In this document: positions 6,054 to 13,452 of the stretch, in pieces | Position numbering within the stretch: the first letter of the stretch is position 1 | Layout: each line of letters opens with the position of its first letter | NCBI GenBank assembly: GCA_045106895.1 | Contig: JBGCFM010000128.1 | Location: forward strand, 1 to 15,670 | Direction of reading: 5' to 3' | Source: Polyangiales bacterium | Lineage (GTDB): Bacteria; Myxococcota_A; Polyangia; Polyangiales; Houyiibacteriaceae | Length of the DNA stretch: 15,670 nucleotides | Position numbers and translations under genes: made by a program | The notes under the pieces: generated by a model | What the model was told of the DNA's origin: nothing | Databases searched by the model: none | The model's input: only the letters and a program-made list of their open reading frames with translations

Positions 6054-8483
6054 ATGGTCTATCGACACGTCCTCGCCTTTGCTGCTCTCCTCCTCATCGC
6101 GGGCTGCGGTGACGACGACGGCGGAACCTGCAGCACCGACACCGAGTGCGCCGCGGGCTCGATCTGCGTAGACGGCGCCTGCCAGGTCTCCGCGGACGCC
6201 GGCGGCCGTGATGCCGGCGGTCTCGACGCCGCCGAGCCTGATGGCGGAAGCGACGCCGGCTGCTCGCTCGCCTGCGGAACGGACTGCTGCGAAGAGACCG
6301 AACGTTGCTCCGCCGCGACGTCTGAGTGCGTCACAGATCTCGGTCCCTGCGCCGACGACGGCGAGTGCCTCGACGACTCGTACTGCGACGAAGGACGTTG
6401 TACGCCTTATGGAACGTTACCTCGCGGCGACGCCAACACCATGTGTCGACGCGACGTCCAGCCGGGACGTTTCTCTCCTGCGGTTCAGTGTCGATGGGCC
6501 GGGCCTGCCGATGGCGACCCGCTCCCGGCATCCATTCAAGTCGAGTCGACCGCCGCCGTCGTGGACTTTGGCATTGGCCGCGGTCCCGACGAGCCGATTC
6601 GGCCGTCCATCGTCTTCATCTCCGTGTCCGGCTTCGTGTACGGAACCGGCGGCACCGTTCGCATCATCGACGGTCGCACCTGCGTGGACCAAGGTGTCCT
6701 CGGCGACCCCGAAGACGAAGTCGGTGGCGCAACTTCTCCAGCCGTGGGTGACCTCGATGGCGATGGGGTCCCGGAGATCGTCGCGAAGAGCGCCGCCGGC
6801 GGCATCGTCGCCTTCGAATACGACGCGGCGAGCGAGTCCTTTCGTCGCCGATGGTTCTCCACGCGCGCCACCGGCGAGCGCGACCTCGTCGGAGGCGCCG
6901 GTTCGATCCCGAGCCTCTCCATCGCCGACCTGAACGACGACGGACTCCCGGAAATCCTCACCGGCGGCGTCGTGTACGGCCACGACGGAGTGCTCCTCGA
7001 TGACTCCCAAGGCCTTCACCCTGTGGCGGGATACGGCCAGCCCGCCGTCGTCGCGGACGTTGACCTGGACGGCGGCGCGGAGCTCGTGACGGGCAACGGT
7101 GTCTTCGACTGGGACATTGAAGCAAACGCCTGGACGAGGCGGACCTGGCCAGCAGGGCAGCCTGATGGCTACGTGTCCATCGGCGACTTTGGAGACTTCC
7201 CTGAAGCGAGCGGCGACGCACCCGGCGGGCCCGAGATCGCCGTCGTGAGCGCTGGGTCGCTCCGTATTCAGACCATCGACGGCGTTGTTGTATTCGGGCC
7301 TATCGCGCTTCCTGGCGGGACGCATGGTGGCAACCCCACCGTGGCGGACTTTGACGGCGATGGCCGACCGGAGGTCGCCGCCGGCGGACCCGGCAGCCTC
7401 ACGGTGTTCGATATGGACTGCGTCGACGGAGGCGGAACCGGGACCTGCGCGTCGGATCGCACCGATGGCATCTTGTGGACGCGGCCCGTTCGCGACTTCT
7501 CCAGCGGCATCAACGGCAGCAGCGTCTTCGACTTCGAAGGGGACGGTCGCGCCGAGGTCGTGTACGCCGACGAGTGTTTCTTGCGCGTCTTCGACGGCGT
7601 GAGCGGTGACGTCGTTTGGTCCGCGCCGCGTTCGAGCGGTACCTGGATCGAAGCGCCCATCGTCGCGGACGCGGACGGTGACTTCAACGCCGAGATCGTC
7701 GTTGGAAGCAACTCTGCCCACGGCGCGTGCCCCGCCGTTGACGCACTTCACACGGGGCTGCGCTGCATGGACAACACCGACTGCGCAAGCGACGCGTGTG
7801 ATGAGGGCTACTGTCGCTGCGCCGAAGACGCCGAGTGTGGTGACGTGGAGAGCTACGCATGCACCGCGCCCCTCGCGGACACGGCGGGCACGGGACAGGT
7901 GTGCCGGGCCCGCTTCACCAACAGCATTGTCGGCATGCGCGTCTACGCGGATGCGTCGGACCGCTGGGTGAGCTCCCGCCGGGTCTGGAACCAGCACGCG
8001 TATAGCGTCACGAATGTCAACGAAGACGGAACCATCCCGCGAACCTCGGAGGTCGCCCCGAACTGGAGCGTCCCGGAGCTCAACGACTTCCGCCGCAACG
8101 TTCAGGGCGACCTCGTGCCCCTCGCCGGCCCCGACCTAACCATCGGCCGCGGTTCCTTCGGTCGAGGCTGCATGCCGTCGGCGCCGGTCATTCCCCTCGA
8201 AGCCGAGGTTTGCAACCGCGGCGCGGAGCCCGTCGACAGCGGCATGGTCGCGACCTTCTTCGATGGAGACCCACGAGAAGGCGGTACCGTAATTTGTCGC
8301 GCCACCACCGTGCGCACGCTCCTCCCCGGCACCTGCGAGCCTATCGCGTGTGATTGGGACCCGGCTCCAACGGAAGGTGAGCGCACCGTGTTCCTCTTCG
8401 TCGACGAAGCTGACGACAACGTCGAGTGCGTCGAGACGAACAACATCGCAGAGATCGCGAACGTGGGCTGTAGCTTGATCTGA
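6054..8483 (+). CDS. Cys-rich lipoprotein with an FG-GAP/VCBS-repeat beta-propeller and a C-terminal CARDB-like Ig domain
   Basis: Lipobox LIAG-C18. Repeated Ca-binding DxDxDG motifs (GDLDGDGVPEI, ADLNDDGLPEI, ADVDLDGGAEL, ADFDGDGRPEV, FDFEGDGRAEV, ADADGDFNAEI), then WNQHAYSVTNV. The C-terminus has PDL...VCNRG...VD.....ECVETNN. Confidence 0.85.
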   Translation: MVYRHVLAFAALLLIAGCGDDDGGTCSTDTECAAGSICVDGACQVSADAGGRDAGGLDAAEPDGGSDAGCSLACGTDCCEETERCSAATSECVTDLGPCADDGECLDDSYCDEGRCTPYGTLPRGDANTMCRRDVQPGRFSPAVQCRWAGPADGDPLPASIQVESTAAVVDFGIGRGPDEPIRPSIVFISVSGFVYGTGGTVRIIDGRTCVDQGVLGDPEDEVGGATSPAVGDLDGDGVPEIVAKSAAGGIVAFEYDAASESFRRRWFSTRATGERDLVGGAGSIPSLSIADLNDDGLPEILTGGVVYGHDGVLLDDSQGLHPVAGYGQPAVVADVDLDGGAELVTGNGVFDWDIEANAWTRRTWPAGQPDGYVSIGDFGDFPEASGDAPGGPEIAVVSAGSLRIQTIDGVVVFGPIALPGGTHGGNPTVADFDGDGRPEVAAGGPGSLTVFDMDCVDGGGTGTCASDRTDGILWTRPVRDFSSGINGSSVFDFEGDGRAEVVYADECFLRVFDGVSGDVVWSAPRSSGTWIEAPIVADADGDFNAEIVVGSNSAHGACPAVDALHTGLRCMDNTDCASDACDEGYCRCAEDAECGDVESYACTAPLADTAGTGQVCRARFTNSIVGMRVYADASDRWVSSRRVWNQHAYSVTNVNEDGTIPRTSEVAPNWSVPELNDFRRNVQGDLVPLAGPDLTIGRGSFGRGCMPSAPVIPLEAEVCNRGAEPVDSGMVATFFDGDPREGGTVICRATTVRTLLPGTCEPIACDWDPAPTEGERTVFLFVDEADDNVECVETNNIAEIANVGCSLI
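6195..6260 (+). repeat. Imperfect ~15-bp coding repeat encoding a DAG/DGG acidic linker
   Basis: gacgccggcggccgt gatgccggcggtctc gacgccgccgagcct gatggcggaagc gacgccggc translates to DAGGRDAGGLDAAEPDGGSDAG. Confidence 0.7.
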
Positions 8484-8488
8484 GAGTG

Positions 8489-9193
8489 ATGAAGAGGAAG
8501 CTCAATACGCTCACGGCCCGAGTGCTCTCGGGGCTCGGTCTCGACCTCGAGTGGTCCGTGGATCTACGCGGGAGCTTCCTCAGTCCTATCACGCCGCGGG
8601 TTTACCTCGGCGCTCGCCCGACCACGGAGCGCGTGCCGGAGCTGAAAGAAGCAGGCGTGACTCACATCGTGAGCTGTCTGCCGGAGGAGCACCGCTTGCG
8701 GGTGGAGTTTCTGTCATCCGACTTTGAGCACCTCTTCCTTGGGGTGCGCGATGGCATGCACGAGGACATCGCTTCGACCTTTCCGCGCTTCTTCGACTTT
8801 GCGGCGGAGGCGAAAGCGCCGGAAGCGAAGCTCTTTGTTCATTGCGAAGTCGGCGTGAGTCGTTCGGCCACCTTGGTCATCGCGCTGCTGATGAAGGCCG
8901 AGAACCTGAGCTTCATCGCCGCCCTTCGTCGCGTACGAGGGGAGCGATACAAGGTGTTGCCGAACATTGGATTCGCCTCGCAGCTCCAGCGCTTGGAGGA
9001 CGAGCTGAAGCCCGTTGCTCCGACAAAGGGTCCCTCGTCCCTCGCGCAATACCTCAAGCAAGTCTGTAACGCGCCGGTGGATATCCACGTGCTCGAGTCC
9101 GTTCTAAAAGAACATCATTACGACGCCCCAGCGGCGCTGATGACGATCTTTGGCGGCGAAATTCCGAGGGTTGTTCAAGGAGTGCGCGCTTAG
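8489..9193 (+). CDS. Dual-specificity protein phosphatase (DSP/PTP, CX5R) with a C-terminal helical extension
   Basis: P-loop HCEVGVSRS (8840-8866), general-acid region GVRDG, YLG and GVTHIV motifs, and PNIGFASQL. The start is either GTG 8486 or ATG 8489, immediately after the upstream stop at 8483. Confidence 0.9.
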   Translation: MKRKLNTLTARVLSGLGLDLEWSVDLRGSFLSPITPRVYLGARPTTERVPELKEAGVTHIVSCLPEEHRLRVEFLSSDFEHLFLGVRDGMHEDIASTFPRFFDFAAEAKAPEAKLFVHCEVGVSRSATLVIALLMKAENLSFIAALRRVRGERYKVLPNIGFASQLQRLEDELKPVAPTKGPSSLAQYLKQVCNAPVDIHVLESVLKEHHYDAPAALMTIFGGEIPRVVQGVRA

Positions 9194-9223
9194 TTTGCCC
9201 TTGGGGAGCAACCTGTGGACCTT

Positions 9224-9304
9224 GAGGTTCGTGCGGCCGGCGGTAAATCCGCGGGGGTCTTTGTTGGTCCAGCGTCCGACTTGTGGGGCGTAGTCCAATG
9301 CGCG
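9224..9304 (-). pseudogene. Degenerate RHS repeat-associated core fragment
   Basis: The minus strand reads RALDYAPQVGRWTNKDPRGFTAGRTNL, matching the RHS core consensus GARDYDPxxGRWTxKDPIGFxGGxxNLY. Flanking sequence does not continue the RHS pattern. Confidence 0.7.
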
Positions 9305-9398
9305 TGAGACTCTACCTCGACTCGTGGCGCTTGCAGTTGCGAAGAACGACAGCTCCATGGGGCTGGACGATCTTCCCGCTTCTCTGCATTCTTCAGCC

Positions 9399-10274
9399 AT
9401 GAAGTCTCACGTCTCGTACCTGTGCGTTCTGGCAGCAGCCTGCGGAGGTCCGGCGCTTCCGGCGGTGGCTCCGGCGGTCGATGTGACGGTGGCCTTGGCT
9501 CCCGTCGCAGGACGAGGCGCCGAGGTCGGTGCGAGCCAGCGGGAAGAACACGTCGGAATCCTCGATGCCAGCGACGTTGTGGGGGACAGTGGCTCCTTCG
9601 AGGACGTGTACGAGTTCTACGCTTCGGAAGGCCAGATGTTGCGCATCACCATGGACTCCGACGACTTCGACACGCTTTTGCGCTTGCGGGGGCCCGGCGG
9701 CGATATTGTTGCGCAGAACGACGACCGGGCCGACGGCTCCGTCAACTCGCAGATCGACACCCGGGCTGCGACGACGGGGCGCTACTCCGTTCTCGCGAAC
9801 TCGTATTCTAACGGCCAGGGCGGCAACTACACCCTCGCTATTGAGATCGTTCATGCCGAGCCCGTCGCTTCGGCCACGGCGGAGCAGTCCTTTACGCTCT
9901 ACGCGGGCTTTGCTCCGGACCCGAAGATGCTCACGGGCACCGCTGGCGGACCCGTGAGCGGAAACCAGCTGTCACAAGCATGTCGCGGCTGGGTGACGAC
10001 GACGCCGAGCCACACGATGACGCTTACGGCGCGGATGCCTTACCTGGGCGTCATGATCAACAGCGCCGTGGACACGACGCTCATCGTTCAGCGGCCTGAC
10101 GGAACGTACCTGTGCGACGACGACGGAGGCGGCGGTTTTCACCCCTACGTCGGCGGCGTCTTTGAGGCCGGCACGTATCAGATCTACGCGGGCACCTACG
10201 CCGGTGGCGGACAGACCGCGACCTACCGCATGGCCATCACGACACAGCCCGCGCTGCGCCCAAACGGCATCTAG
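9399..10274 (+). CDS. Putative lipoprotein with two PPC-like beta-sandwich domains and no recognisable catalytic domain
   Basis: ATG 9399 gives MKSHVSYLCVLAAA-C (lipobox-like). Domain 1: DVYEF..EGQMLRITMDSDDFDTLLRL..P.G..VAQNDD...NSQI...TGRY.V...GNYTL. Domain 2: GFAPDP...AGGP...CRGWV...DTTLIV..PDG.YLCDDD...GTYQIY. Confidence 0.8.
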   Translation: MKSHVSYLCVLAAACGGPALPAVAPAVDVTVALAPVAGRGAEVGASQREEHVGILDASDVVGDSGSFEDVYEFYASEGQMLRITMDSDDFDTLLRLRGPGGDIVAQNDDRADGSVNSQIDTRAATTGRYSVLANSYSNGQGGNYTLAIEIVHAEPVASATAEQSFTLYAGFAPDPKMLTGTAGGPVSGNQLSQACRGWVTTTPSHTMTLTARMPYLGVMINSAVDTTLIVQRPDGTYLCDDDGGGGFHPYVGGVFEAGTYQIYAGTYAGGGQTATYRMAITTQPALRPNGI

Positions 10275-10372
10275 GTGCTTAGGATGACTCTGGACTGAGC
10301 TCACCCATGCCGCTCTGGCGTCATGTCTTCGAGTCAAGGTCATAGTCATGACCCTTCCCGAGGACTCTGGTC

Positions 10373-11068
10373 TCAAGCGACGAGCTCACGGCGGAGTTCA
10401 GCATCCGCGATGGTCTCGAGGAGCTGTTCACGCTCTTCCATTTCGAGTCGGCTGAAGGCTTCGACGCGGCGGGATGATTCGGCTGAAGAGTCGAGAACGA
10501 CGCGGACCAACATTTCCGGCGTCACGGTTTGCTCGCGATAGCCAGCGGCTTTTGCGATGGGGGCGGGCGCGAGTCTTCGGGCTTCATCCGCTGCGCGTAG
10601 CCTCTCCGTTTCTGCGATGAGCTGCTCTGGCTCTGCGACCCAAACGACGAGCGGCTCCTCGCCTTCAACGCCGATGGCGACGCCGCTCTCGAGTTTTGCG
10701 CCATAAGGCCGCGGCGGAGGCTGGAAGTCTCTATCGCCCACGGGGACGACGAGCGTGACTTTGGACCATGGGACGAAGCGTTTGAGACCTTGGATACCGT
10801 CGGCGCCGAGGACGCACGTGAGCAGGCGACGACTCAAGATTCCGGGGCGCATGAGCTCGGCGAGTTGGGCGAGGACGAGGCTCATACCGAGGATGTAGCC
10901 ACCCATTTGAACCCACGCGGGGAGACCCGGCTCGCCACGATTCGGCTCGAGCAGACCCAACATGAGAAGCGGCATGACGATGCCGATGTTCGAGAAAAGG
11001 ATGAGCAGCGTCCGCGCCATGGAGAAACGCTTGCGCGCCCTCAACCGAAACTCGACGCGTTGACTCAC
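10373..11068 (-). CDS. Hypothetical membrane protein (2 N-terminal TM helices, bPH-like middle, GYR motif, helical C-terminus)
   Basis: Two hydrophobic segments, then CVLGADGI...RFVPWSKV (bacterial PH-like pattern) and AAGYRE. It fills the gap downstream of the TPR gene (17 nt spacing). The start (GTG 11068 or ATG 11020) is uncertain. Confidence 0.65.
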   Translation of the reverse strand: MSQRVEFRLRARKRFSMARTLLILFSNIGIVMPLLMLGLLEPNRGEPGLPAWVQMGGYILGMSLVLAQLAELMRPGILSRRLLTCVLGADGIQGLKRFVPWSKVTLVVPVGDRDFQPPPRPYGAKLESGVAIGVEGEEPLVVWVAEPEQLIAETERLRAADEARRLAPAPIAKAAGYREQTVTPEMLVRVVLDSSAESSRRVEAFSRLEMEEREQLLETIADAELRRELVA

Positions 11069-11085
11069 GGGGCGAGCCTAGCTGT

Positions 11086-11997
11086 TCAGCCCGGGAAGGG
11101 AAGATGCTTGAGCGTTTCGGCGAGGGCATCCACGCGTGGCTTCAGGTCTGGAAACGCTTCGGCGCCTGCATGCACGCACCAAATGTCACTCCAGTACGCG
11201 AGGTGGGGCTGCGCCTCGTATCGAGTGAGAATGGTCTCGAACCCTTGCCGCGCTGCGGTGGTGTCGCCGGCTCGAAGAGAGCAGAAGGCTTGCTGCTGGA
11301 CGAGGAGATCCATGCGCCAGCTGACGGGGCCCTTGAACGCTTCTCGGGGGACGGCTTCGTAGGCCGCGACGGCTTCCGGCCATCGCTTGAGGTCGTGCAA
11401 GCAATGCGCGCGATAGAGGTGCGCCCACCCGTGTGTTGGGTCGAGGGCGATGGCTTCGTCAAAGAGCGCGAGGGCTTCGTCCTGGCGTCCGGCGCACATG
11501 AGCAAGTACCCGTGCGCGTGTCGAACGTGTGCATCTTTGGCATCGAGCTCTCTTGCGTGGCGAAAGTAGCCTTCGGCTTCCTTGGTAAGCCGTTCTTGTA
11601 GCGCTGTCTTCTTGTCCCACTCAGCGTGCTCCGCGAAGACGCCACAGGAAATGCCCATCGATGTGTGGAGCCTCGCGTACTCGGGGTCGAAGCGAAGCGC
11701 CAAGTCGTAGATGCGCTTGAGCTCGCCCCAGGAGGAGTTTGCTGCCATCTCCTGCTCGATTTCGATGGCGAGCTGACGCAGTCGTTCTCCCGGCGAGAGC
11801 TCGATGTGGCCCGTCGCGGTGAGGTAGGCGTCGAGGCTCATGGCTCTGAGCTGAGGAGCGTGACGTTCCTTCAGCCAGTCGAGGAGCTGGTCATTCGGCG
11901 CGGGCTGCGCCGCCGGGCGATGCGACTTGTCGCGCCGCCGCTTCGTCGCCCGGTCGCGCGCATCAAACTTTCCGCTTCGGACTGCTGAGCGCGCCAT
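11086..11997 (-). CDS. Tetratricopeptide repeat (TPR) protein
   Basis: TPR-type helices: ALRFDPEYARLH..MG, AEGYFRHARELDAKDAHVRHAHG, GRQDEALALFDEAIALDPTHGWAHLYRAHCL..LKRWPEAVAAYE. The start may be later (ATG 11841). Confidence 0.8.
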   Translation of the reverse strand: MARSAVRSGKFDARDRATKRRRDKSHRPAAQPAPNDQLLDWLKERHAPQLRAMSLDAYLTATGHIELSPGERLRQLAIEIEQEMAANSSWGELKRIYDLALRFDPEYARLHTSMGISCGVFAEHAEWDKKTALQERLTKEAEGYFRHARELDAKDAHVRHAHGYLLMCAGRQDEALALFDEAIALDPTHGWAHLYRAHCLHDLKRWPEAVAAYEAVPREAFKGPVSWRMDLLVQQQAFCSLRAGDTTAARQGFETILTRYEAQPHLAYWSDIWCVHAGAEAFPDLKPRVDALAETLKHLPFPG

Positions 11998-12051
11998 GGA
12001 TACGAGTCTAAAGCAGTTTCGAGAGTGCCGCGAATGGGAGGCGGCGTGCGT

Positions 12052-13329
12052 CTACGGTGACTCGCACAGAGGCATGCGAAGCTCGTTGCACCACTCATCC
12101 CTCCACATGCCGCCCGCTTGCATCGAGACGCAGTCTTCGCCGGCTCCGGCGCCCATGTTGTCGGGCTGGGTAGGTGCCCAGTTGTCATACGAAAACTCGG
12201 CACCGGTATCCCAAATGAACGTGCCCTCTGCGTCCCGATCGTTCAGCCCGAGCCACGAAGGACCAGTGACTCGCGCGGCTATGCTGTCGTTTTCGGCCTG
12301 GCTGTCCACGGACACCATCGCCATTCCCCGCGCTCCACAGTGATTGATCGCCACAAGCCACGGCATCATGGTGTCGGGGCAGAGCATGTACATGTGGCCC
12401 GCGAAGGTCCAAATGTCGCAGCCCTCGCAACCCGTCGATTCATCGACGGTCGAATCACAGTCATCATCGACGCCGTTGCACGCTTCGGCGACGCCGGCGT
12501 CCTCGTCGAAAACCTCATCGCAGTCGTTGTCCGCTCCGTCGCACGCTTCGGGGGCGCCGGGGTAAGTGTCTAGGCGCTCGTCATCACAATCTGCGGGCGC
12601 TGCAAATCCATCTCCGTCGTCGTCGACTTCACAACGCCCATCGACGCACACTTCGCCGTCGCCACATGGGCACGCGCGGGCCGTGTCGGGCGACCCGCCG
12701 TCTGGTCCCGGGCCCGCATCTTCGCGTGGAACACACATGCCACTCGTGTTGCAGCGCTCGCCGCTTGGGCATTCGGCGTCTTCGGGCACAGAGAAACATG
12801 CGTTCGTTTCGCACCGCCCTTGGCGACATCCATCGGATGAGCATTCCATGTCGGAGGAGCAAATCGGCGGGCAGAATTCAGGCGTCTCCACCGTGCAACG
12901 TGAGTCGGAGCACCGGCCGCTATAGCAGCTCTGCAACAGACCATTGTCGCCGAGCTCCGTGCACACCACGCCGCTGCAGTCGCGCGTGATGACAACGGTG
13001 GCGGCCGTCGGTCCGCGCACCGTCACGCTCACGCGACGGCTGGCGATGGGCGCGCCGTTTTGGAGCAAGCGCACCGTCAGCTCGAGGTCGCCTTCGTCCA
13101 CCGCTTCGCTGCCCACGCGCCGTCCACGTACGTAGTCCCCGCCGGGAACAGCGATGTGCTCGATATCCGCGACGTCGTCTTGCGCGATCTCCACTCTCAC
13201 GGAGTCGAAGTCCTCCCCAGGGACGTAGTCCGTCTTCACATCGACGAGCACCATCGATTCGGTGGATTCGCACGCCGCAAAACTGAGGGCGAACGTGACG
13301 AGGGCAGAGCACCAGATTTTCGTTCGCAT
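12052..13329 (-). CDS. Cys-rich lipoprotein with MopE-type putative metal-binding motifs and a C-terminal C-type lectin domain
   Basis: ATG 13329 gives MRTKIWCSALVTFALSFAA-C (lipobox). DCDD....YPGAPEACDGADNDCD and EACNGVDDDCD are MopE-like motifs. CTLD consensus: W..A...C......MVSVDSQAEN......SWLGLND...EGTFIW..G....YDNW...QPDN....EDCV......WRD..C.....LCE. Confidence 0.88.
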   Translation of the reverse strand: MRTKIWCSALVTFALSFAACESTESMVLVDVKTDYVPGEDFDSVRVEIAQDDVADIEHIAVPGGDYVRGRRVGSEAVDEGDLELTVRLLQNGAPIASRRVSVTVRGPTAATVVITRDCSGVVCTELGDNGLLQSCYSGRCSDSRCTVETPEFCPPICSSDMECSSDGCRQGRCETNACFSVPEDAECPSGERCNTSGMCVPREDAGPGPDGGSPDTARACPCGDGEVCVDGRCEVDDDGDGFAAPADCDDERLDTYPGAPEACDGADNDCDEVFDEDAGVAEACNGVDDDCDSTVDESTGCEGCDIWTFAGHMYMLCPDTMMPWLVAINHCGARGMAMVSVDSQAENDSIAARVTGPSWLGLNDRDAEGTFIWDTGAEFSYDNWAPTQPDNMGAGAGEDCVSMQAGGMWRDEWCNELRMPLCESP

Positions 13330-13393
13330 ACGCCTTCGATAGCAGCACAAGGCGAGTCTTGGGAAGAGATGGCGCAAAGGAACGCGCGAAACG

Positions 13394-13427
13394 AAAAAGC
13401 CCACGCGGGACTTCCCGGTGGGCTTTT
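13394..13427 (-). terminator. Rho-independent terminator (potentially bidirectional) ending the uraD-uraH-DUF6986 operon
   Basis: aaaaagcccac-g-cggga-ct-tcccg-gtgggctttt, an inverted repeat with A/T tracts on both sides, about 25 nt past the stop at 13453. Confidence 0.85.
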
Positions 13428-13452
13428 GCGCACGCTCGCGTGATTGCGAGGC

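Noticed and set aside
6417..7997. 526-aa - strand ORF
   Set aside because: Antisense shadow of the FG-GAP lipoprotein gene with no independent protein features.
9104..9400. 98-aa - strand ORF as an intact gene
   Set aside because: It overlaps the DSP 3' end and only ~27 codons are protein-like (RHS core), so it is treated as a remnant.
13330..13404. N-terminal extension of the 450-aa lectin ORF
   Set aside because: It overlaps the terminator hairpin. ATG 13329 gives a proper signal peptide and lipobox.
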